Shown here piece by piece: positions 8,699 through 16,829 of a DNA stretch of 54,623 bases. The stretch covers positions 1-54,623 of IMG/VR virus record IMGVR_UViG_3300037882_002110. One strand, 5' to 3'. A model generated the notes under the pieces. The model was given only the letters and a program-made list of their open reading frames with translations, had not been told where the DNA came from and ran no database searches. This DNA is from a virus. Its lineage: Duplodnaviria > Caudoviricetes. Within the stretch, counting starts at the first letter, position 1. Each line of letters opens with the position of its first letter. The position numbers and the translations under genes were made by a program.

Positions 8699-9472
8699 TT
8701 AGAGAGCCTGGATGCCGAGATATTCTTCCAAGAACTGGCGGGGCTGGCCCTTGCGGGGCATCACCAGAGTCTGGTCGATCTCTTTCTCGATAGCCACAAT
8801 CTCAGAGAACGCTTCAGGGTTAAGACGAGCAGCAGTTTGAAGGTCTCCTTTTGAAGCCATGATACAGAACCGGCATGATAGGCGACCCATTCCGGCGGCA
8901 TAGGCCCAATGGGGCTCTTGGCCCTCGTCGGCAATAGCCTGAAAGACCTCTTCCTCGGACCAATCATGGATGGGGAGCATGTCGTACCATTCACGACCGG
9001 CTTTAGAATTCCCCTCGTTCAGCTTCAGGGGAGATTCGCAGGTCTTCTTACGGGTGCAGGACTCCTGGGCCCGGAGACCCATGCAGTTCACCACCAACTT
9101 GTTGTCGCGGTCCTTGACGGCGTGACGGATGGCCTTCTCGATAGGGCCCCTCTTGAGGTCCGAGGTGCATTGGCGATACTTGGGGGACGGCCACATCTTG
9201 CGATGGCGGACCATGTCATAGAAGGTCTTTTCGGCCCTAACGACCATATAGGCGAATCCGAGGTCTCCCGTGTAACGACGAGCTTGGGCTTCGGTACCTT
9301 CCCACTCAACCCCAGGAAGGTCGGCGTGGATGACCAGGATTTGGTCCTTGGGAACGAGGGCCGAGACCTTGATGAACATCGCCTGGGAATCTTTTCCGCC
9401 GGAGTGGTTCACGACAAAGAGAGCACCACGGGCCGCGAGTTCTTTGATTTTCAGGTCGACTTGAAAGCTCAT
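8699..9472 (-). CDS. PAPS-reductase-family (PP-loop, Fe-S) protein
   Basis: SGGKDS PP-loop, CTSDLK, GLRAQES..R, RLSCRFC. Confidence 0.9.
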   Translation of the reverse strand: MSFQVDLKIKELAARGALFVVNHSGGKDSQAMFIKVSALVPKDQILVIHADLPGVEWEGTEAQARRYTGDLGFAYMVVRAEKTFYDMVRHRKMWPSPKYRQCTSDLKRGPIEKAIRHAVKDRDNKLVVNCMGLRAQESCTRKKTCESPLKLNEGNSKAGREWYDMLPIHDWSEEEVFQAIADEGQEPHWAYAAGMGRLSCRFCIMASKGDLQTAARLNPEAFSEIVAIEKEIDQTLVMPRKGQPRQFLEEYLGIQAL

Positions 9473-9497
9473 CTTGTTCTCCCTTGCTTCTTTTTTC

Positions 9498-9526
9498 TTT
9501 TCGGCACGAAGAAGCAAAGACTTTAG
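9498..9526 (-). promoter_or_regulatory. Sigma-28-like promoter, copy 3
   Basis: CTAAAGT-N14-GCCGAAAA upstream of the PAPS-reductase gene. Confidence 0.75.
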
Positions 9527-9547
9527 TTTTGCAAGTAAGAGCTTGAT

Positions 9548-9925
9548 TTAGATCAAGTCTTTCTCGCACGCTGCAGAACAGGCGTAACCCTTTTTGTAGA
9601 AGTACCTGCCGCAGTTCATGCATTTATTCATCACCTTGGTGTCTTCCGGAGCCTCTTCGTAAACCAGCTCTCCAAGAAGCATGAACTGCCCAACCGTTGG
9701 GTCTACTATGTTGCCTTGTGGGTCTTCAAGCCACATGTGTGGGTACTGCTTCTGGACTTTGCCATGGTTGTCCGTATTCTCGTGTGACCAGACCACCCCA
9801 GTCTTGATCTTGAGTTCCGGGAACTCCTTGGCCATGAGAGGAGAAAAGTGGGTACACTGTCCAGCCTGTCCGAATACGTCACGAGGGACGTTGGCGTTTA
9901 TCCATTGTTCATACTTCGGGTTCAT
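9548..9925 (-). CDS. Transglutaminase-like Cys-His-Asp protein with C-terminal Cys cluster
   Basis: GQC...HMWL...IVDPT triad pattern; CMNC..C...C tail; AGGAGG RBS. Confidence 0.6.
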   Translation of the reverse strand: MNPKYEQWINANVPRDVFGQAGQCTHFSPLMAKEFPELKIKTGVVWSHENTDNHGKVQKQYPHMWLEDPQGNIVDPTVGQFMLLGELVYEEAPEDTKVMNKCMNCGRYFYKKGYACSAACEKDLI

Positions 9926-10199
9926 GCTGAGCCCTCCTACGGTTAGACTTGGGGAACTCAGTCTTGAACTCTTTGCCCTGATGAAGCAATGCGGCCTGGA
10001 ATTCCATGGCTTCTTTGAAGGACAGAGTCTCGAACGTGGTGTCGAATCCATCCTTCTTTGGGTCCATCGTCGGAGACCTATACAGTATCCGAATCCAGCC
10101 ATGCTTGGCGTGGTCGTAGCTTTCGGACATGGCGAATAGTTCTTTGAACGACTCCCAGACCGCACCCCATATCATGGACCAAGACAGAGCTGGCATCAT
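9909..10199 (-). CDS. Hypothetical protein
   Basis: GGAGG RBS, downstream of promoter copy 4. Confidence 0.55.
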   Translation of the reverse strand: MMPALSWSMIWGAVWESFKELFAMSESYDHAKHGWIRILYRSPTMDPKKDGFDTTFETLSFKEAMEFQAALLHQGKEFKTEFPKSNRRRAQHEPEV

Positions 10200-10252
10200 A
10201 AATTCAGACCTCCGAGAAGAAAACGAAAAGGATGAAACCTTCCCTATTTTTC

Positions 10253-10281
10253 TTTTCGGAACCCTTGGTTCACAACTTTAG
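10253..10281 (-). promoter_or_regulatory. Sigma-28-like promoter, copy 4
   Basis: CTAAAGT-N14-TCCGAAAA. Confidence 0.7.
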
Positions 10282-10284
10282 TCG

Positions 10285-10545
10285 TTAGACGTTGGTGGCG
10301 TTTCCGAACCGTTGGGTAGAGTCTTTGAGACACGACCAGTAGTGGGTCTGGTGCTTGCCTATGGTTTTGGAGTGGAACCCGGAGAATCCAAGGCTGGACG
10401 GCGGATACCCCATGGCGGATTGGACGTTCTTGGCTTCTTCAGCCGAAATGTCCTGGTCCAAAGCCAGGATGAAATAGGCAAGAGAGTCCTTGGGGGGTTG
10501 GACTTTGACTGTCAGGGAGACGAGCTTGCGAACTCTGTCGTTCAT
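10285..10545 (-). CDS. Hypothetical protein
   Basis: AAGGAGG RBS before MNDRVRK inside the longer ORF. Confidence 0.55.
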   Translation of the reverse strand: MNDRVRKLVSLTVKVQPPKDSLAYFILALDQDISAEEAKNVQSAMGYPPSSLGFSGFHSKTIGKHQTHYWSCLKDSTQRFGNATNV

Positions 10546-10702
10546 TTGGGCCTCCTTCACTGTGGGATTCCTTGATGGGGTTTGAGGGCTGCTCAGCCTC
10601 ATTCCAATCAGGGAGAACGCTTCGGACGGGGCACGGAACCATACCATGGATTCCTCATCCATGATATCATGAACAAAATCGCAATACCAGGAAGGACGTT
10701 CA

Positions 10703-10828
10703 ATGAGCATGACCGAATATTATGTTCACAAGATATCGGAAGCTCTTGCGGCCCTGGAAACTGGAGATTTTGATGTCGCGGAAGAGATATTGAGGGAAGC
10801 TCTGGCAGGGGACGATGTGGAGGATTGA
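10703..10828 (+). CDS. Small acidic helical protein (41 aa, below ORF-track cutoff)
   Basis: AGGAAGGA RBS; MSMTEYYVHKISEALAALETGDFDVAEEILREALAGDDVED. Confidence 0.45.
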   Translation: MSMTEYYVHKISEALAALETGDFDVAEEILREALAGDDVED

Positions 10829-10877
10829 ATACGGAAAGACCCCGGACTTTGTAGCCTCGGGGTCTCGCTTGGGGTCT

Positions 10878-11168
10878 TTAGGCTTCGGGAGCTTGAGGAG
10901 TCTGGGACTTCTCGAAGGCCAGAGCCTTCTGGATGATAGAGCCCACCGAGTCCAGGTGTCCCTGGTATTCGCCAATGGCGAGACGAGCTTTCTCGACACC
11001 TTCTGAATCGTTTGCCAAAAAGGCTTCCACGAGAGCCTTGTAGCTGTCCTGAATGCCGGTCAGCGCGGTAGAAACCTGAGCCGTAAGGCCCTGGCCACCG
11101 GCCCGAAGGGTCTTCACGTCTTCCATAGAATTTACCTCGGCTTGGAGAAAAGGTTTGTTCTCGCTCAT
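10878..11168 (-). CDS. Hypothetical helical protein
   Basis: AAGGAG RBS. Confidence 0.7.
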   Translation of the reverse strand: MSENKPFLQAEVNSMEDVKTLRAGGQGLTAQVSTALTGIQDSYKALVEAFLANDSEGVEKARLAIGEYQGHLDSVGSIIQKALAFEKSQTPQAPEA

Positions 11169-11224
11169 TGAAAAACTCCTTGAGAGTTGGGGGTGGCTGG
11201 GGACGCGGGGATTATGTCATGCTT

Positions 11225-11887
11225 TCAGAGAGAACGCAACGGCCAAAGCTTGGGTACTTCCCCAAAGACTATGTCCTGACCCTTGCCATTGAGAAGGACT
11301 TCCGAAGCCCCGGAGGACGACCACATGTAGCCCTGGACCTTGGAGTCTTTGACCAGAAGTCGCATGGTCCCACGGCCCACCCCACCAGTGTCCTCGCCTG
11401 TCTTGAGCCTTCTGGTGTCTCCGACCCCGTGGGACGACCTACAGGAATCCACGATGTCCAGGGCATAAACCTGCATGGTGCCAAAGGGTTCGGGCAGAAG
11501 CCTAGGCTCGGAGACCACCAAGAAGACATGTCCCGTGGCCCCGACCTTGGCCGGATAATACTTGATGGAGCCCACATCACCGGCCTGAATTTCCTGAACC
11601 GTCGAAGCCTTCAGGAGGATTCCCCGGTTCGTGGACTCGAAGAACCTGGATGCGGTCGGGAACTTTGCTCCAAAAGCGTGCAGCCACTCCCCCGGGGTCA
11701 GGTCCAAGACTTGATTCATGTGCATGGTCATGAAAGAAGAGCAAGAGACGCTGGCGAAATAGGGGGACCGAGTCAGGACCGGACGAGCACCAGTACCGGA
11801 TTCCAAGAAGAAGTTATTGGCAGGAGTCAGGTTCTTCACATACTCGTCGGCCAGTTTCACGAGGGCAGACCGGATTGCGGCAGTCAT
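11225..11887 (-). CDS. NlpC/P60-like cysteine hydrolase (putative peptidoglycan peptidase/amidase)
   Basis: SCSSF...IQAGD...TGHVFLV Cys/His pattern; next to endolysin. Confidence 0.65.
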   Translation of the reverse strand: MTAAIRSALVKLADEYVKNLTPANNFFLESGTGARPVLTRSPYFASVSCSSFMTMHMNQVLDLTPGEWLHAFGAKFPTASRFFESTNRGILLKASTVQEIQAGDVGSIKYYPAKVGATGHVFLVVSEPRLLPEPFGTMQVYALDIVDSCRSSHGVGDTRRLKTGEDTGGVGRGTMRLLVKDSKVQGYMWSSSGASEVLLNGKGQDIVFGEVPKLWPLRSL

Positions 11888-11964
11888 TCAGGGGTTCCTT
11901 TGAGTCGGGGACCCCGAATGTGAGGCCCACCTGGAAAAGCCCCCTTAGACAGCCAACCCGACAG

Positions 11965-13380
11965 TCAAGCGGCCTTGAGTCCCCAATCGACGATACATTC
12001 CTTGGGGTCGTGCTTGCGGAGGGCTTCGACGAAGGATTTGAGTTCAGCCAACGAGTAGAACACCACGCACCCGGCAGAGCCAGGGGCACCATCAATGTTG
12101 GAGTCCAAGTGGAAACCAAACGCTCCACGGTCATCCTTGAAGGTAGCCACGATCGGGATGAATGCCGCTCCCAAGCCAGGACCATGGGATGCGCTGTAGT
12201 TGTCTTTCCCGTTCGCCCATTGAATGGCACCAAGGGTATACTTGCCCTGGGGGATGGGTTCCATGTTCCCGGGGACAGAGCCCGGGTCCCAAGGGAGATC
12301 GAAGTCCTGAGCCCAGGACTGACCGGAAGCGCAAACCCAATCCTTGCCAGCGAACGACACCACTATCGGAACCAAGCCACGCCACTGAGGACGCGACAGA
12401 CGTTCGTCACCCTTACGGATGTAAACAGTCTTGGTATTCATAGGGACTGCGGGTTCGTCGTCCTTGGGCTTGCCTCCAGAACGAGCATCCGTAAGCATCT
12501 TTTCCATGCGAGAGATGGTTTCGGGTCCGACGACACCGTCCACTTCAAGTTTCTGGGACGTCTGAAACCAGATCACCGCATCCTGGACGTTGCTGTTGAA
12601 AACGTCGGTCACTTTGTCAGCTTTTCCCAGAAACCCGAGCCCCATCATGGCTGTGATGAGCCAACGGACGGACTCGGACTTGTCGCCCATCCTGAGGAAT
12701 CCGGTGATCTTCGACGGAACGACGGCCCCACCGCTCGGATAGTCAGTTTCGGTGGCTTCAGGGACTTCAACTTTCTTCCCAAAAGTTACCAGACCGGCTG
12801 CTTCGAGGACCTTGAAGATTCCGGCCACACCAAATTGAGCAGAACCAGCCCAAGGGTCAAACGAACCGTCCGAGGTGTACTTGCCGCGCACCCATTGATT
12901 GGTACCGGACCACAGGTAGGGAGAACGCTTTGGAGGGGTCGAGTTCCGGCCCGCACCAGTCTGATATCCCCAGCCATTGTACGCTTCACAGTAATACAGA
13001 CACTCTTCGACAGTGTCCATGGGGCCGTCGAGGGAAGCCAGAATCACCCTTTTCATCCCCAGGGCATCCGCTGCAGACTCTTCCCAGGTGTACGGAGGAT
13101 TGACCCCTGGGATACGACCGGCGGGAACCCAAAAGGTCTTGCCAGAAAGCGGGTTACCGTTATGCAGGTGTTTGGTGAAGCTGAAAGAAGCTTCCATGGC
13201 GTGAATCGCCGCGATGACTGGCCACCATACACCCGTTCGCTTCTGGGTCTCCTTGTACCTGTTCAGGTTGGACTTGATGATAGACAGATGCCAGTCGGCT
13301 TGTTTCTGCCAAGACGGGTTGATCTGGCAGTTCTTCCAGCAAGCAGAATAAAGCGGTTTAAGTTCGGAAAAGGTAGGCAT
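11965..13380 (-). CDS. Modular endolysin: lysozyme-like domain + PG-binding domain + L,D-transpeptidase-like (Tlde1/DUF2778-type) domain
   Basis: AIHAMEAS..HLHNGNPL..EAYNGWGY..SPYLWSGT; LRMGD..FQ...LEVDGVVGPET; PIPQGKY..FHLD..GSAGC. Confidence 0.85.
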   Translation of the reverse strand: MPTFSELKPLYSACWKNCQINPSWQKQADWHLSIIKSNLNRYKETQKRTGVWWPVIAAIHAMEASFSFTKHLHNGNPLSGKTFWVPAGRIPGVNPPYTWEESAADALGMKRVILASLDGPMDTVEECLYYCEAYNGWGYQTGAGRNSTPPKRSPYLWSGTNQWVRGKYTSDGSFDPWAGSAQFGVAGIFKVLEAAGLVTFGKKVEVPEATETDYPSGGAVVPSKITGFLRMGDKSESVRWLITAMMGLGFLGKADKVTDVFNSNVQDAVIWFQTSQKLEVDGVVGPETISRMEKMLTDARSGGKPKDDEPAVPMNTKTVYIRKGDERLSRPQWRGLVPIVVSFAGKDWVCASGQSWAQDFDLPWDPGSVPGNMEPIPQGKYTLGAIQWANGKDNYSASHGPGLGAAFIPIVATFKDDRGAFGFHLDSNIDGAPGSAGCVVFYSLAELKSFVEALRKHDPKECIVDWGLKAA

Positions 13381-13449
13381 ACTTGAACTCCCTGGATTGG
13401 ACGAAATGTCCAGGGAGCAGTATATCAGGTGGGCATGTATAGGCGGAAT

Positions 13450-14052
13450 TCAGAGGGGTTGGTAGTCAGCAGCCTTGAAGACAGCCTCCACCCGTTTCAC
13501 AGGGTCGAGTTCCGTAAGCTCCAGATAGGTTTCGGTTTCCGACATGAAAGGCCCCAAGCCCCCATACAAAACCTGCGAATACGCGTAACTCATGCGTTCT
13601 GGAGAGTGTTTCTCGAAAACATCTCCTGCCTCTGGGACTCGAAAGGTTCGTCCTGGATTCACGTGTACGATAAGGACCTGATAATGCTTCAACGCTCGCA
13701 AGTACACGGACTGGTAGATCTTGGCTAGAAGATGCAAATTCTCTTTAGAGACGCCGCCCAGACCCCCATACACCATGCCGGAAATCCAGCACCTGTCCAT
13801 CACAACATCGCGAGACTGGTCGAACGTTGCAGCGTCCCAAACGTGGGAACAAGCTATCAGAAGCTGGCGCTCGAAAGGGCCAAAGCTGGGGTCGAATTTG
13901 GAAACGTCTCTCAGGAACCCCAGGGGTGAATCGGACGCTGGCTGGCGCATGGTCCTGGTGTACAGGCTACCCATTTTTTCGTACAAGTCTTTGGCCAGGG
14001 TAGACTTACCTACCCCGTCGCTGCCTTCCAACACAATAAGCTTTGGCATCAC
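13450..14052 (-). CDS. tmk: Thymidylate-kinase-like dNMP kinase
   Basis: LEGSDGVGKST P-loop; VMDRCWISGMVYG. Confidence 0.85.
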   Translation of the reverse strand: MMPKLIVLEGSDGVGKSTLAKDLYEKMGSLYTRTMRQPASDSPLGFLRDVSKFDPSFGPFERQLLIACSHVWDAATFDQSRDVVMDRCWISGMVYGGLGGVSKENLHLLAKIYQSVYLRALKHYQVLIVHVNPGRTFRVPEAGDVFEKHSPERMSYAYSQVLYGGLGPFMSETETYLELTELDPVKRVEAVFKAADYQPL

Positions 14053-14068
14053 TTCACCCCCATTTTAC

Positions 14069-14097
14069 TTTTCGGCCCCCACGACCCGGAACTTTAG
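14069..14097 (-). promoter_or_regulatory. Sigma-28-like promoter, copy 5
   Basis: CTAAAGT-N14-GCCGAAAA in the thyX-tmk gap. Confidence 0.75.
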
Positions 14098-14098
14098 T

Positions 14099-14776
14099 TT
14101 AAATGTTCCAGCCGTTCTTTTCGAGACTCTCAAGAGCCACTGGACATACGTTTGCCTTGACGACTTCCTCGTACATGAGACGAGCCACCAATCTGATTTC
14201 GTCTTGAGCCTTCGGGGAGTTCCGTTGCTTTTGGAAGTTCGCCCATGACCTGAGATTGATAACAGTGACTCTTTCAGTCATGTTGTTTTGGGGCAAAACC
14301 CCTCGGTAGAATTCCCGCATCCGTTTGAACTGGTCGTTCGTCAGATTGCCCAGACCCTCTGCTGTTTTGAGGATCTGAAGGGTTCCCTCGTAGAAATCGT
14401 TCGCGGCTTTGCAGAGTTCGTCATATTGGCTCGATATGTTTTCGAATCCCATGGCCTTGATGTCGTCTGGAACCGCAAGCCATTCTCTGGGCATAGTCCG
14501 GTATCTACCGCTCATACCGTTGTGACTGGCTATCCTATGTGTCACGTGTTGACGGTCCGACGTGATGGGCATTTTTATCCAGAATCTCAAGACCACCGAT
14601 TCGAATGGTGTGGAGTGGCGGTCGTCGGCCAAACGCCGAACCAGCCTTTCGACGTCCTCATCAGTTCTTTTAGCCTTCCCGACCAATGTGGTGGACGAGG
14701 TCCATGCCGCTTCCGCGATGCTACGGTCGGAGCCCATGTGGTCCTGAAGCTGGACCCGGATTTGTGAATCAGTCAT
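14099..14776 (-). CDS. thyX: FAD-dependent thymidylate synthase
   Basis: HSTPFE, RQHVTHRIASHNGMSGRY, NLRSWANF..QR..AQDEIR. Confidence 0.93.
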   Translation of the reverse strand: MTDSQIRVQLQDHMGSDRSIAEAAWTSSTTLVGKAKRTDEDVERLVRRLADDRHSTPFESVVLRFWIKMPITSDRQHVTHRIASHNGMSGRYRTMPREWLAVPDDIKAMGFENISSQYDELCKAANDFYEGTLQILKTAEGLGNLTNDQFKRMREFYRGVLPQNNMTERVTVINLRSWANFQKQRNSPKAQDEIRLVARLMYEEVVKANVCPVALESLEKNGWNI

Positions 14777-15017
14777 CCTTGGGCTTCTCCATCTTTGGTA
14801 TTATGCGTTGACCCTTGGGGGGAGGCCAATTGCCCTCGGCTTCCATCCGGACAGCTTCGTTGTAATAGTGGGCGCAAACGTCTTCGTCTGTGGAAGAACC
14901 CACGAACCTGCCTTTGAATTGGGCTCTGAAGACCTTCAACGTGGCGTCATAGTAGACACCCTTGTGTTTGGACGTTTTGGTCTTCGGGAACGGCGGGTCT
15001 TTTCTCTTGCTAGCCAC
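14769..15017 (-). CDS. Stand-alone AP2-like DNA-binding domain protein
   Basis: TSKHKGVY..FRAQ..VG..E..AH.YNEA. Confidence 0.65.
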   Translation of the reverse strand: MASKRKDPPFPKTKTSKHKGVYYDATLKVFRAQFKGRFVGSSTDEDVCAHYYNEAVRMEAEGNWPPPKGQRIIPKMEKPKDD

Positions 15018-15023
15018 GATTGT

Positions 15024-16154
15024 TCACCCTCTCCAGATGAAGGAGTTGTGGTCCGCGCCGGTCCCGAGCATGACCACTTGGAGCCCCGTCACGTCTTCCA
15101 TCCTGTCCACGTAGGCCCTGACCTTCGGATGAAGCTCGCGGAATTCCTTCTCTCCTCCCCGGACGTCCGTCGACGACCAATGGATGTAGGAGGTGAAGTT
15201 CAGCACTATCTTCGTGGCCCCGCAGAGCTTAGCGGACTTCTCAAGGAGGGCCCACGAGGGGGTGAACACCCGGCGCAGTCGCTTGGTGACCGTGGTTAAT
15301 TCCTTGGACAGGAGAGCCTGAATCTCAGCTTCTGGCATTTCGGCGTCTACCCCGATCTGCTCCCAAGATGTCTCTTCCGAGTCGTCCATGAAACTGCCAG
15401 ACGAATGGACTTCGCCGGACTCGTCCTTGAAGTTTCCGACTCGAATCGGATACGACCTGCAGTTCATGTAGACGTCGCCCACCTGATGGGGCAGAATCAT
15501 CATGTCGGCTAGAGCCTGCTGAGGGGTGCAGTTCCGATAGGTGCCTTTGCGCAGTTCCGTCCCGTAGTCTAGTGACAGGGCGAATCCCTGGGCTACTTCG
15601 TGAAGGAACCCTCTGCCCTTAGCAAGCTCTGCCTGGATACCTTCGGCGAAGTCCCAAGGCTGAAGCGAAAGCTCCGGCGTCTTTTCACCCCAAAGCAGGG
15701 TGTCTCGCATCCGCATGGCCTTCATTGCGTAGGTAGCCCCGGCCCCAGACATGGTAGAAGCCACGTGAGCCACCGAGAGACCCCCACCAGGGGCTTCGAG
15801 AGCCTTATGGTGGGCCTGGGTGATAGCAGCCCTGGCATGAATGAAGAGGTCATAGCCGGGTTTGTATCCGGTGTGCTCAAACTCTTTGATGAGCGTATCG
15901 ATCTCGAAGGACGAGTTTGGCCCTATCCAGGCTTGCGGTTTGTGGCCCGTGATTTTGGGCAGAAGGCAGGGAGACGGCATGGCCTTGAAGACGAACTCGG
16001 CTTCAGGACTGCGCACCCAATGGCCTGCGTTAGGCCCGTTGCATGTGGCTACGTTCGGAATCTTGAATATATCCGCTAGTCTGGTAGATACAGCACCCTT
16101 GCCAGACGAACCGTGACTCGCGTCGTACAACAGATTATATGCTCCAAGCTTCAT
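15024..16154 (-). CDS. purZ: PurZ-like adenylosuccinate-synthetase paralogue (N6-succino-2-amino-dAMP synthase candidate)
   Basis: GSSGKG in place of PurA GDEGKG; GPNAGH, EVAQGF.L, RSYPIRVG, ELTTVTKRLRRVF; LNF in place of PurA TKLD; GGAG RBS before ATG 16154. Confidence 0.8.
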   Translation of the reverse strand: MKLGAYNLLYDASHGSSGKGAVSTRLADIFKIPNVATCNGPNAGHWVRSPEAEFVFKAMPSPCLLPKITGHKPQAWIGPNSSFEIDTLIKEFEHTGYKPGYDLFIHARAAITQAHHKALEAPGGGLSVAHVASTMSGAGATYAMKAMRMRDTLLWGEKTPELSLQPWDFAEGIQAELAKGRGFLHEVAQGFALSLDYGTELRKGTYRNCTPQQALADMMILPHQVGDVYMNCRSYPIRVGNFKDESGEVHSSGSFMDDSEETSWEQIGVDAEMPEAEIQALLSKELTTVTKRLRRVFTPSWALLEKSAKLCGATKIVLNFTSYIHWSSTDVRGGEKEFRELHPKVRAYVDRMEDVTGLQVVMLGTGADHNSFIWRG

Positions 16155-16217
16155 CTGAAAACTCCATCCATAAACAGTTTCAGTAGTAGTCAAACGAAGA
16201 AGGAGTGGCGCTAGAGT

Positions 16218-16817
16218 TTAGGCTAGCGACGCGATCGTGAATCCTCTGTCAGTGAGATAGGCTCTGAGAGACACCAGCAGCTTCCTTGACGCCATGGCGT
16301 TGAATCCCAGGATGGACACGAGAGTCGTGAATGGGACGTCTTCATATTGATTGTACGATGGACAAGCCAGCGACTTTTCTCTAAAAGCTCGCAGGGTGCG
16401 ATCAGACGGAGCAATCAGCTCCTCCACAAGAATCGCGGCCCTTGGGGTTTTACGGGTCTTCGCCCACTCCCTCATGGCCTCGCAAAGCTCTCGATGGCAC
16501 ACCGCCTGGAATCCAGTCACCAAGGTGCTGAGAGGAGACTCAAACTGGTCCGAGAACTCTTCTGTGTCTCTCGTGTCCAGTCTCGCATCGAGGAATCGCC
16601 CCAAGTCCACGAACCTGTTCTTGAGGACAGTCATCACCATCCCCTTCTTGTCGGACTCGGACAAATGGTCAAGCTTCGGCAAGAGCTGCACCAGCTTGAG
16701 GCAGAGTTCCTGCTCCACATCCTCAACCGTCATGAGCCTGGACTTCTTGCATTTCTTGGCGTAGAATTTGACCATCTTCAAATAGGGCGACAGATCCACA
16801 GGGCAGGCTCCTTCCAC
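16218..16817 (-). CDS. Phage RNA polymerase sigma-factor-like protein
   Basis: Region-2-like EDVEQELCLKL...KNRFVDLGR; possible C-terminal HTH. Confidence 0.6.
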   Translation of the reverse strand: MEGACPVDLSPYLKMVKFYAKKCKKSRLMTVEDVEQELCLKLVQLLPKLDHLSESDKKGMVMTVLKNRFVDLGRFLDARLDTRDTEEFSDQFESPLSTLVTGFQAVCHRELCEAMREWAKTRKTPRAAILVEELIAPSDRTLRAFREKSLACPSYNQYEDVPFTTLVSILGFNAMASRKLLVSLRAYLTDRGFTIASLA

Positions 16818-16829
16818 AGGGTGCAGGCG

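Noticed and set aside
11875-13386. 503-aa + strand ORF (also 5229-6437 +, 25145-25948 +, 42703-43689 -, 36798-37556 +)
   Set aside because: Antisense shadows of genes with clear motifs on the opposite strand; no recognisable domains
6409-14097. CRISPR-like or iteron repeats
   Set aside because: Copies are kilobases apart, bipartite with a free spacer and always upstream of genes, which fits promoters
15024-16193. Ordinary PurA adenylosuccinate synthetase
   Set aside because: Catalytic Asp and TKLD GTP motif are replaced by PurZ-type residues; TTG start at 16193 lacks an RBS
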